Positions 46,922-55,652 are shown, numbered from the stretch's first letter. The stretch is DNA of 64,000 bases from Nitrospirota bacterium (GCA_021790195.1 JAJYIF010000018.1:9446-73445), one strand, 5' to 3'. Notes: generated by a model not told the origin, from the sequence alone. A program made the numbers and translations.

Positions 46922-47909
46922 TGTTCCCCTCCTTGTGCTGTCTTTCCGGTTCTGTCGGGTCGCCCTTGCGTGTTGCGGCATATATGAGACCGAAGATCGC
47001 AGGGAACGTCGTAAAGATCACCGGAACCGTGGACAGATAACCCTTTGTGAGCTCTATGAGCGGCTTCTTCGGGAGATTAGTCGGGAAGCCCAGTTGCTCG
47101 AAAGGCACGCCCGAGATATAGAGCCATGAAGTGCCCCCGACTTCGTGCTCGCCGTAGATGTGGCTTACATATTTATCGGGGTGCTCGGCGATTCTCTTCC
47201 GGGCAAGCTTCAGGAGATCCGCTCTCTTGCCGAAAGTGAGCGCGCCCGCCGGGCACGCTTCCGCGCAGCCGGGAAGTTGACCTTTCTTGATCCTGCCGTA
47301 ACAGAGAATGCACTTCATTATCTTGGGCTGCAGGGCGCTTTCATAGTCATAGCCAGGGATATTGAAGGGACACCCGATAACGCAGTAACGGCAGCCGAAA
47401 CAAAGCTTTTCATTATAAATGACCGGACCTTCTGGTGTTTTTGTATACGCATGGATGGGGCATGCCGTGGCGCACGCCGGCTCTAAACAGTGGTTGCACT
47501 GGATTTTCCGATAAACCGGCCTGCTAGGATCCCCAGGATTCTCATACCGGTTGACGACGGTGAGGGCTTTGGCATTGGGCCAGCGCCGCTCGTTGAAGAC
47601 TGAAGCGTCGTCAAAGGGTTTTTCGGGCGCCGGCATCCGATTGACTTCGTTGCACGCGCGTTCACAACTCCTGCAACCGACGCAAGCGGTGAAGTCCGTC
47701 AGCATCCCATAGCTTTTGGGCCAGCCCTCGAACTCGGGCGCGGCCCCGGCGCGGGCTGGGAGACCGAGCGCAGTGCAACCCGCCAGCATCGATATAGAAA
47801 GAAAGCTCCGCCTGGAGAGCCGGGCGGAACGCCCTGCGGCATCCTGCGCAGCGCCGCCACCGGGGTCCTCCGACCGGTTCTTCTTGATCTTGATCTTAAT
47901 CATAAGCAT
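46914..47909 (-). CDS. Tat-exported four-cluster [4Fe-4S] ferredoxin subunit (NrfC/PsrB/HmcB type)
   Basis: SRRSFLS twin-arginine motif; CVGCRSCERAC, CNHCLEPACATACP, CFGCRYCVIGCP, CILC...CAEACP. Confidence 0.85.
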   Translation of the reverse strand: MLMIKIKIKKNRSEDPGGGAAQDAAGRSARLSRRSFLSISMLAGCTALGLPARAGAAPEFEGWPKSYGMLTDFTACVGCRSCERACNEVNRMPAPEKPFDDASVFNERRWPNAKALTVVNRYENPGDPSRPVYRKIQCNHCLEPACATACPIHAYTKTPEGPVIYNEKLCFGCRYCVIGCPFNIPGYDYESALQPKIMKCILCYGRIKKGQLPGCAEACPAGALTFGKRADLLKLARKRIAEHPDKYVSHIYGEHEVGGTSWLYISGVPFEQLGFPTNLPKKPLIELTKGYLSTVPVIFTTFPAIFGLIYAATRKGDPTEPERQHKEGNNG

Positions 47910-47938
47910 GACCTCCTTATATTATCCGGCATTGTGCT

Positions 47939-48409
47939 TCATCTAGTCTGCGTGTGACATGTCTTGACGCATCCTTCCGGCGAGGAACCCAGTTCTCCGA
48001 CGCCGATGTGGCACTCGAAGCACTTTTTATGAAAAGCTACTTTCAGTCCAGGCATCTCCGGCGTATCGGGAGAATAGTCCGTATGGCATCCGCTGCACGG
48101 CAGAAAACCGTTTTTTACTGAAGCCTTGAATTGACCGGCGCTCAGCGAATGGCACTCGCCGCACATTGCCCTTGTCTTGTCGTTGTGCTGGTGATGACAC
48201 TTCCCGCAGCTGCCCGCCAGGGACACGTGCATCGAGTGGTCGAAAGTTACCGGGCCGTAGCGATTCTGAAGATACTTGATGATGATGACGCCGGGGGCGT
48301 CGGTTCCTTCAGCTCTCGCCGAAAAAACATCCGGGACCGTAATTATTCCGGCGGTTATCAGGATCGCGCAAACCAGAAGCAATAATGTTTTGACAGAGTG
48401 TCTTTTCAT
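47939..48409 (-). CDS. Small periplasmic class III (c3-type) multiheme cytochrome
   Basis: 156 aa; signal peptide; CGKCH, CGECH, CSGCH, CFECH plus CVKTCH (CxxxCH). Confidence 0.8.
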   Translation of the reverse strand: MKRHSVKTLLLLVCAILITAGIITVPDVFSARAEGTDAPGVIIIKYLQNRYGPVTFDHSMHVSLAGSCGKCHHQHNDKTRAMCGECHSLSAGQFKASVKNGFLPCSGCHTDYSPDTPEMPGLKVAFHKKCFECHIGVGELGSSPEGCVKTCHTQTR

Positions 48410-48443
48410 CTTTCTGCTGCCTCCTTTTGCGGGACTGTTATTC

Positions 48444-48836
48444 TTAAATTCGCTGCCCGGGTTCGCCGCCTTTTGCCTTCTTCATTTTTTTGCGGCCTGC
48501 GAAATAGGCTCGCACGGGACTCCAGCCTGCGGATGTCACGGTGGAGACCCCCTTGCTGAGAGGCACCGCCATCCCCTGGACAAAGAGGAACGGCAGGGCA
48601 GCGAGATAGAACACACCGAATACCGGGGCCAGCGCTATGTTACGGACCATCCGGGCGACCCTTTCTCTGCTCTGTGTTTTGAGGAACCCGGCGTCCTCTG
48701 CCGCGGATTTCAGTAGTCCCTGAAACGGTCTTGGCTTCAATATCTCGCAAAAGATGATAAAGCCGAGAACAGAAAGAAGCGCTATCCCATACTGCATTGC
48801 GTTGACGTTACTGACAAAGTCGAAAAGCGTGTGCAT
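48444..48836 (-). CDS. Small membrane protein, paralog family member P4
   Basis: 130 aa; TM helices; C-terminal GWSPVRAYFAGRKKMKKAKGGE shared with three upstream genes. Confidence 0.55.
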   Translation of the reverse strand: MHTLFDFVSNVNAMQYGIALLSVLGFIIFCEILKPRPFQGLLKSAAEDAGFLKTQSRERVARMVRNIALAPVFGVFYLAALPFLFVQGMAVPLSKGVSTVTSAGWSPVRAYFAGRKKMKKAKGGEPGQRI

Positions 48837-48901
48837 ACAGCACCTCCTTGTTTGTTATACACGGCCGCCGAGGACGGCCTGATATTGTGCTCCTTCCAGT
48901 C

Positions 48902-49276
48902 TCATTTCTTCCCGCGGCGCTTCCGCTTCTTCGAGTGTCCGGAGAAAAAAGAGATGGTGGGTTTGTACCTGAACCAAATGTGAGCAAGCGCGCTCCCCAC
49001 GAGTCTTTCGCATTGACAGCTCAGGAAGAACAGTATCCTGTAAAGCGCATACAGCAGGACAAAAATCACTGCGCCGATGCCGTAGGGAAAGGCCATGGAA
49101 AGCGCCAGAGCAAACAGGAACATAGGGATCAGGAGATAGCTTTCGGGGAGCTTGAAGTACCATTCCCTCCTGTCTCCCGGGAGGAAACCGTCAGCATTGA
49201 GAACAATCTTCTTGTTTTCGTTGGGTTCCCAATATGTCCCCTTCTTCACCTCTTGTTCGCCTCTAAAGAGAAACAT
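48902..49276 (-). CDS. Small membrane protein, paralog family member P3
   Basis: Start chosen at MFLFRGEQE (one nt after the P2 stop); KKGTYWEPNENKKIV..., FLFALALSMAFPYGIGAVIFV, WFRYKPTISFFSGHSKKRKRRGKK. Confidence 0.6.
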   Translation of the reverse strand: MFLFRGEQEVKKGTYWEPNENKKIVLNADGFLPGDRREWYFKLPESYLLIPMFLFALALSMAFPYGIGAVIFVLLYALYRILFFLSCQCERLVGSALAHIWFRYKPTISFFSGHSKKRKRRGKK

Positions 49277-49277
49277 A

Positions 49278-49724
49278 TCACACATCCTTTCTCCGCGCGG
49301 CCTGTGAGCTGGCTCTCTCACCCGTGATGCTCCGCGTTCCACGGCGGACGCTCTTCTTCCTCTTTTGTGATCCCGAGAAATTCGCCCTCGATGGGTTCCA
49401 ATTGAAGAACAGGCTTCCTCCGTCAAACCTGCTGCAAATCCTGATGCCGGTCATTGCGACGGCTGTGAGTCCTGCGATGAGGGGGACCAGCCATAAGATA
49501 AGAAACACGCCTATCCCGAAGAGCGGCAGGAACATCACGAACGTCATTCCGACGAGAGGCGCAAGGACGAGGAGGGCTGCTGGCGACATCTTCATGTAAC
49601 GTCGGTCCTCACCGCCCGGAAGTGCGCTGTCCTCAAGCACGTTGACCTGCCGGCCGTTCGCGGGATTCCAGTACGATCCCTTTCCTACGATCATGCCTCC
49701 CTTATAGATGATCATTTCCTTCAC
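49278..49724 (-). CDS. Small membrane protein, paralog family member P2
   Basis: 148 aa; GKGSYWNPANGRQV..., FLPLFGIGVFLILWLV, FNWNPSRANFSGSQKRKKSVRR. Confidence 0.6.
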   Translation of the reverse strand: MKEMIIYKGGMIVGKGSYWNPANGRQVNVLEDSALPGGEDRRYMKMSPAALLVLAPLVGMTFVMFLPLFGIGVFLILWLVPLIAGLTAVAMTGIRICSRFDGGSLFFNWNPSRANFSGSQKRKKSVRRGTRSITGERASSQAARRKDV

Positions 49725-49861
49725 TTCCTTTCATTGAATTTTCATATACCCCGCAGTCTCTGCTGCGGGAACCTTGCGTCATCGGGGTGCAGCGTGTTGA
49801 AGACCCCTGCCGACCCATGGGGTAAATACCCTGTCGTGTCGCACGAGCGAAGTGAGTTTGT

Positions 49862-50263
49862 TTATTCAACGTCGTTCCTGTTGACCTTCGTTTCCTGGCT
49901 CGCGGACTCTTCTCCTTTTCTCCTCTTCCTGACCTTCTTACCGGCCATGTAAGCCGTAGTGGGCGCATAACCGAAGGTAGCGCTCCTTCCGAGCATGTTC
50001 TTCACAAGGGTGAAACACATGAGTCCGGCCCCGCAAAGCGCTCCGACAAGAGCGATGAGCCAGACGAAGATCACGATCCCAAGCCCATAGGGGAATACTA
50101 CCGACAATGCCAGCGCGAAGAGAAAGAGGACAAAGAATGCGGTCCGTGTCCAGAGCCTTGACACCCTGTTTCGTGCGGACAGCCTTCCGCCCCTGTCGAG
50201 TTCGCCGCTGTCGGCAGATAATGCCGGCCCTTCTTCCATCGCCTTATGACCGTGTGCAACCAT
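49862..50263 (-). CDS. Small membrane protein, paralog family member P1
   Basis: 133 aa; FLFALALSVVFPYGLGIVIFVWLIAL, FGYAPTTAYMAGKKVRKRRKGEE. Confidence 0.6.
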   Translation of the reverse strand: MVAHGHKAMEEGPALSADSGELDRGGRLSARNRVSRLWTRTAFFVLFLFALALSVVFPYGLGIVIFVWLIALVGALCGAGLMCFTLVKNMLGRSATFGYAPTTAYMAGKKVRKRRKGEESASQETKVNRNDVE

Positions 50264-50407
50264 TGTCTGATCCTCCTTTCATTGTTCTTGATTGCAGCAT
50301 ATCAATTTTCAATGGGAATGATAATTGGAACTAATTCCTATATTGACGGGAAATCTTTCCTATTCGAATAAGGAAAATGTCCGGGCTAGCGAAAGGGGCG
50401 GGTGTCC

Positions 50408-50959
50408 TCAGCGGATCATGCTTTCCGCTATCTTAATGAGCTCAAAGGGGGAAGACATTAGAAGGATCGTGTGACGCAGATCCCCTTCATACCACGTTAT
50501 CCTGCTGCAAGGCAGTTTTACGTCGCATATGCCGACCTGCAGGACGGCGTTCCTGCCTTTCAACATGTACGGGATCTCCTCTTTCAATTCAGACAGCCTG
50601 ATTCTCTGAAGCTGCGTACCGCGGTCACGCAGGGAGGATTGGATCACGATTAACGCAGTTGCCTCGGCATCTTCGGCCCTGAATTCCATTACGACGGCAC
50701 TGAAGGGTTTCTTCTGCGCGACGATGAGGGATGGCGGCCAGGAAATGCCTTGCGGGAAATACGTGGGGACCAGGATGTTTTCGAACCCGAGGGAACGTTT
50801 TGCCTCCTCGATACTGTCGTATCGCCGGGCAAAGTCCTTCTGCGCCGGAGAGGGCAGGCGATTGGCAATGGCCAGAAGCGCTATCAACGCCCCTGCCATA
50901 ACGATGAACCAAAGAAGACCGCGCACCGTTTTGCCTGTCTTGCCTTCCCGCATTTTCAT
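50408..50959 (-). CDS. Membrane-anchored hypothetical protein (single N-terminal TM; possibly DUF4367-like)
   Basis: 183 aa; start abuts the M56 gene stop; N-terminal LLWFIVMAGALIALLAIA helix. Confidence 0.4.
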   Translation of the reverse strand: MKMREGKTGKTVRGLLWFIVMAGALIALLAIANRLPSPAQKDFARRYDSIEEAKRSLGFENILVPTYFPQGISWPPSLIVAQKKPFSAVVMEFRAEDAEATALIVIQSSLRDRGTQLQRIRLSELKEEIPYMLKGRNAVLQVGICDVKLPCSRITWYEGDLRHTILLMSSPFELIKIAESMIR

Positions 50960-51976
50960 TCACACGACAAAGTAATTTATGCCTACGATAAACGCCATGG
51001 TCACGAAATATTGCACACCCCATTGAAAGTCGATCGCTCGGCCGACTCTGATTCTTGTTGCCCTGCTTTTCATAAGGGCGTTGTGGCTGTGATGTTCGAT
51101 CGCCGCCGCGAGGCCTCGGATTGTCCCACGGCCCTCATCGGCGACATAATCCCCGGATTCAGGACGCAGCATATCGACAGCTTCAAAGAGGGCCTCGGGC
51201 TTGCCGGTTAGAGCTACTGCGATATCGTCGCACACCTTTTCTTCCTCATCGACCAGCTTTCTGAATTCTATCATGGCAACAGGATTGTAAAACATCATCG
51301 CCCTGAGGATGTATGCAAAGATAAGCACCGGTTTTCTGCTCCTCCGGATGTGGCCGATTTCATGGGCAAAGGCCGCCTGCAGATGGTCGTTGCTGAAAGA
51401 TTTTACCATTCCCGAGGAGACATATATCCTGGGTTTCAAGCCTGTGGAGGAAAAGAGCTCAAGGTCATCGTCGTCAAGTATTTCAACGGCGTCTTCGCGG
51501 AGAGGCAGGTCCTCAAGCGCTTTTGCCACTTTTGTGGTCAGGGCTTCGTCTGCATCCTCATGGGCCGGTCCGGCAGCCCCCCGTATCTGTTCGATCATAT
51601 TAAATGCTATAGGCACGAGTTCTTGAATAACGAAGACGGCGGTGGACAGCGCCAATATGACGGCAAACGCCGCAAATACTGGAATGCCGTCCCACAGCTC
51701 TAAGAGAAACCATTTATTGCTGTCCAGCAGAGTGTCCAGCCTGAAATACATCCCTCCTCTGCCGGGGAATAGCAGTTGATAGAGCGGAAAGGATACGACC
51801 GGCAAGAGGATGACCATGAAGCGAAACCTTTGCTTGACATGAGGCGTTTTCATGTCCCACGCGATGAGCGCACAGTCAACGAGAACAGAGGCAATTATTG
51901 AATGAAGCACGGTTTGAACAACATACATTCCCAAATACGAGGAAATGAAAGTATTCACATTCCAAAGCGTCTTCAT
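50960..51976 (-). CDS. M56 (BlaR1-like) membrane metallopeptidase
   Basis: Start chosen at MKTLWNV; TM helices; zinc motif AFAHEIGHIRR and downstream EEKVCDDIA. Confidence 0.65.
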   Translation of the reverse strand: MKTLWNVNTFISSYLGMYVVQTVLHSIIASVLVDCALIAWDMKTPHVKQRFRFMVILLPVVSFPLYQLLFPGRGGMYFRLDTLLDSNKWFLLELWDGIPVFAAFAVILALSTAVFVIQELVPIAFNMIEQIRGAAGPAHEDADEALTTKVAKALEDLPLREDAVEILDDDDLELFSSTGLKPRIYVSSGMVKSFSNDHLQAAFAHEIGHIRRSRKPVLIFAYILRAMMFYNPVAMIEFRKLVDEEEKVCDDIAVALTGKPEALFEAVDMLRPESGDYVADEGRGTIRGLAAAIEHHSHNALMKSRATRIRVGRAIDFQWGVQYFVTMAFIVGINYFVV

Positions 51977-52086
51977 AAACTTACCTAATAATAACAAATT
52001 TTTGCTGCGGAATATCTGTGGAAGATAAATATGAAGGAAAGCCCAAACAGGCAAAGGACTGCATCGTGCCCGGGAGGAGCAAAGAA

Positions 52087-52800
52087 TTAGGTCTTGGTCT
52101 TCAAAGTCCTCATCCTCGCGATCTCTTCGTGATAACCGTAGATGTGGGCGCCCGCGCTGTAGGCATACATCGGCCCGTCAGCCAGTCCGGCCTCGCTTGC
52201 AACGAGTTTCTTGAGGAGCTGAATCCCGCCGAGGTTTGTGGGAAAACCCGCCCACAGGTCCCACGAGCGGAAATAGCAGCTTACCGTGAGGATCAATTTC
52301 CCCTCTTTAGGGACTGCCTTGAAATCGAGGAGTCTTAAACACGGCGGATCGAGCTTTCCGTCGTTCCCGAAGCAGACGTCATGGTCCTCGGGCGTGCCGA
52401 TCTCCACTACCGCCTGATTGGTGAGAGGGGTTTTCTTCAGGGTCTCAATAACCCTCTCAAGCTGGGTGCCGCCTTTCGGCATGGGGTGGTGTATCCTGCT
52501 CGCATATTTGTAAGTTTCATTTTCGGCCAGGGTGGGGTCCATCAAATAATAGACAAAATAATCCTCTATATATTCCATGGTGGTGGGCGCAGGGATTCCG
52601 AGTCCGGGCGGCATCACCGGGACCATTTCTATGCCGGGGTATTCGATATACACGGCGATGCCGGTGTACTGCAGGCGATACTGCTCATTCTCGAAGGAGC
52701 CCTGCTGTATGTCCTGTGTATAGGCGTGATCGAAGAGGTTATATATTAATTGAAACCACGCGTCCGATATGGTCTTTGCATTTACACAAAACGGAACCAT
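52087..52800 (-). CDS. Divergent thymidylate-synthase-fold protein (archaeal-type ThyA-like)
   Basis: 237 aa; DPPCLRLLDF (nucleophile Cys region) and YFRSWDLWAGFPTNL (RSxD...G.P.N) motifs. Confidence 0.55.
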   Translation of the reverse strand: MVPFCVNAKTISDAWFQLIYNLFDHAYTQDIQQGSFENEQYRLQYTGIAVYIEYPGIEMVPVMPPGLGIPAPTTMEYIEDYFVYYLMDPTLAENETYKYASRIHHPMPKGGTQLERVIETLKKTPLTNQAVVEIGTPEDHDVCFGNDGKLDPPCLRLLDFKAVPKEGKLILTVSCYFRSWDLWAGFPTNLGGIQLLKKLVASEAGLADGPMYAYSAGAHIYGYHEEIARMRTLKTKT

Positions 52801-52990
52801 GTTGCCCTCTCTTTTTGTCCCTTTTTGGATCGAAATATCTTATCATATTTCTGGATTATATGGGCATGGCTGAGATGCACCTAAGATAACTCCCCCATCC
52901 CCTCTTTCCTCAAGAGGGGAGTAAAACGGAAGATAATTGAAGGGCGGACAAGTTTATGGAATAAAGTTCTGTTCTGCCTGACAATTACAC

Positions 52991-53019
52991 TTGACACAAT
53001 AACCCAAAACTTTTATTCT
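52991..53019 (+). promoter_or_regulatory. Sigma70-type promoter that would give a leaderless or near-leaderless argH transcript
   Basis: TTGACA (52991-52996), 17-bp spacer, TATTCT (53014-53019); argH ATG at 53026; no Shine-Dalgarno between. Confidence 0.35.
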
Positions 53020-53025
53020 TAGGCC

Positions 53026-54408
53026 ATGAAGAAACTCTGGGGCGGAAGGTTCAAGGAAAATACTTCAGAGACTGTGGAGGCCTTCACTGAGTCCATATCT
53101 TTCGACAGGCGTCTCTGGAAATACGATATTGAAGGCAGTATCGCCCACGCCAGGATGCTCGGCAGACAGGGGATAATCTCAAAGCGTGACTCCGATAAAA
53201 TAGTGTGCGGACTTAAAGAGATAGCGCTGGAAATCGAGAACGGCAAATTCAGGTTTATTCCGGAACTCGAAGACATCCACATGAACATCGAGGCGGCCCT
53301 GACAAAGAAGATAGGCCCTGCGGGAAAGAGGCTTCATACTGCACGGTCCAGAAACGACCAGGTCGCCCTCGACCTCAGGCTCTATCTGCGCGACGAAACC
53401 AATCAGATAATCTCCTTGATAACACTTTTTGAAAAGGGCCTGATAGAGATTGCTGATAACCACATCGACGCAGTGATGCCCGGATACACCCATACACAGC
53501 GGGCCCAGCCTGTGCTCCTTTCGCATCATTTCCTCGCCTATGTCGAGATGTTCGAGAGGGACAAGGAAAGGTTCGTGGATTGCCTCAGGCGGATAAACAG
53601 GCTCCCTCTCGGCGCCTGCGCGCTGGCGGGGACGTCCCTGCCTATAGACAGGGCTTATGTGGCGAAACTCCTCGGTTTTGCCTCGGTTGCGGAAAACAGT
53701 ATAGATGCGGTGTCGGACAGGGACTTCTGCGTCGAATTCCTTTCCGCCTGTTCGATATTCATGGTTCACCTTTCCAGAATGGCCGAAGAGGTTGTGCTCT
53801 GGGCCTCGGAGGAGTTCTCCTTTATCGAGCTTCCCGATGCCTTTACCACAGGCTCCAGCATTATGCCGCAGAAGAAGAACCCCGATGTGGCCGAGCTGGT
53901 CCGCGGAAAGACCGGCAGGGTCTTCGGCTCTCTTGTCTCGCTCCTGACGGCCCTGAAGGGGCTGCCGCTTTCTTATAACAGGGACATGCAGGAGGACAAG
54001 GTCCAGGTCTTCGACGCGACCGACACCGTGAAGGCCTGCCTTGTGGTGATGAACGAGATGTTCCCCCTGATACGGTTCGATAAGAGGAGGATGTTCTCGG
54101 CAGCCTCGGAGACTTTCGCGACCGCCACGGATATCGCCGAGTATCTGGTGAGAAAAGGGATGCCGTTCAGGGAGGCCCATGAAGTGACCGGCAGGATCGT
54201 CCGTTACTGTATCGACAACAGGGAACGCCTTGGCGACCTGAAGATGGAAGACTTCAGACGGTTTTCGCCTCTTTTTTCCCGGGATGTCTACCAGTGTATT
54301 TCGGTTGACGGCTCCATCAAGCTGAAAAAGTCGAGGGGCGGGACGGCGAAGGAAGAAGTGAAGAAACAGATAAGCCGGCTCAGAAGGACAGTGACAAGTA
54401 ATAAGTGA
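53026..54408 (+). CDS. argH: Argininosuccinate lyase
   Basis: 460 aa; WGGRF start, TARSRNDQ, GSSIMPQKKNPD signature. Confidence 0.92.
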   Translation: MKKLWGGRFKENTSETVEAFTESISFDRRLWKYDIEGSIAHARMLGRQGIISKRDSDKIVCGLKEIALEIENGKFRFIPELEDIHMNIEAALTKKIGPAGKRLHTARSRNDQVALDLRLYLRDETNQIISLITLFEKGLIEIADNHIDAVMPGYTHTQRAQPVLLSHHFLAYVEMFERDKERFVDCLRRINRLPLGACALAGTSLPIDRAYVAKLLGFASVAENSIDAVSDRDFCVEFLSACSIFMVHLSRMAEEVVLWASEEFSFIELPDAFTTGSSIMPQKKNPDVAELVRGKTGRVFGSLVSLLTALKGLPLSYNRDMQEDKVQVFDATDTVKACLVVMNEMFPLIRFDKRRMFSAASETFATATDIAEYLVRKGMPFREAHEVTGRIVRYCIDNRERLGDLKMEDFRRFSPLFSRDVYQCISVDGSIKLKKSRGGTAKEEVKKQISRLRRTVTSNK

Positions 54409-55400
54409 TAAGTGATAAGTTGAGTAAGGCGGAATTGAATTTCCCGGGTTACGGCAAAGCTGCAGGCAATGCATTATTGCTTGTTACCCGTTACTCGTTA
54501 TTATTTGTTCTTGTGCTTGCTCTGCTTTCCTGCGGTAGGAAGGGGCTTCCGACATTAAAGGCCTTCGAAAAGCCGGAAAGACCCACCGGACCGGCCGCGG
54601 TCCATAAAGAAGACAGGATTATCCTGACCTGGTCTTATCCCGGCAATCTGCGGTCTTCTATAAAAGGGTTTCAGGTCCTGAGGTCCGAAGGCCAGGGTTT
54701 TGAAAGAGAGGCCTTTGTCAAGAGCGCTCAAAGTTCCTTTTCCGATGAGTCCTTCAAGTTCAATGTGACCTACGAATATAAGGTCGTTGCACAGAATATG
54801 AGGGACATCCTGAGCGCAGACTCGGACATTGTCAATATGACGCCGTCCCCTCTGCCCCCGCCGCCTGAAGATGTGCGCTTTGAAATAAAGCCGGGCGGCG
54901 TTGAGCTGGAGTGGAAAAGCTCGGGCACGGACGTTTGCTACAACGTTTATAGGAGTATAGAAAAAAGCAAGTTTGACAACGGTCCGCTTAACACAGAGCC
55001 TGACTGCGCTACTTCTTACATGGACAATTTCTTGTCGCCTGAGAGGTCTGTTTACTATATTGTAAGACCTCTGCACAATACCCCCTCGAAGGACGAAGGT
55101 TATCCCTCAAAAGAGGTCGATGTTAACCCCGCGAATTTTGTGCCTTTGCCGCCTTCAGACGCAAGGGTCGTAAAGACTGAAGACAAGACATATCTTGTAT
55201 GGAAGGAGAGCCCGGAGTCGTGGGTGAGGGGATATCGCGTTTACCGCAAAATCGAGGGAGAAGAGGATTTCACCTTCCTCGGCGAGGCAGTGACGCCCGC
55301 CTTTGCCGATACCGCGAAGATTGGGAAAAAGGCAAGGTACATGATAAAGGCGCTCGGGCCGTCCGCCGAGAGCGAGCCGCTCGTTGTCGATGTCCCCTGA
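54405..55400 (+). CDS. Lipoprotein with three FN3-like repeats
   Basis: 331 aa; lipobox ALLSC followed by GRKGLP; repeats ending W...GF.V.R / YNVYRS / YRVYRK; non-ATG start overlapping the argH stop (exact start uncertain). Confidence 0.55.
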   Translation: MISDKLSKAELNFPGYGKAAGNALLLVTRYSLLFVLVLALLSCGRKGLPTLKAFEKPERPTGPAAVHKEDRIILTWSYPGNLRSSIKGFQVLRSEGQGFEREAFVKSAQSSFSDESFKFNVTYEYKVVAQNMRDILSADSDIVNMTPSPLPPPPEDVRFEIKPGGVELEWKSSGTDVCYNVYRSIEKSKFDNGPLNTEPDCATSYMDNFLSPERSVYYIVRPLHNTPSKDEGYPSKEVDVNPANFVPLPPSDARVVKTEDKTYLVWKESPESWVRGYRVYRKIEGEEDFTFLGEAVTPAFADTAKIGKKARYMIKALGPSAESEPLVVDVP

Positions 55401-55652
55401 CAGGATGGGGTTTATGATTTAGGCTTGCATCATTGCAGGCGGCAATATCGTTCTCGCTTCGTTCAGCCGCGCGATAGATGCTTGAGTAAATTCGTCGCTT
55501 GACAAATCGTAGTTATTTGCTATTGTTAATTTGGAATGACTATTTTGGGCGGGCGATATTTTCCAGTCTTTTCATTCGAGAAAGAAAGCCGCATTTTTGT
55601 GCCAAAAAGCGCAATCTATTTTTCGGAATGGTTTTTTTCGCTACGGTCAATG

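Noticed and set aside
53179-54474. 431-aa ORF antisense to argH
   Set aside because: argH is unmistakable in the sense frame. The antisense product is R/P/H-rich with no motifs.
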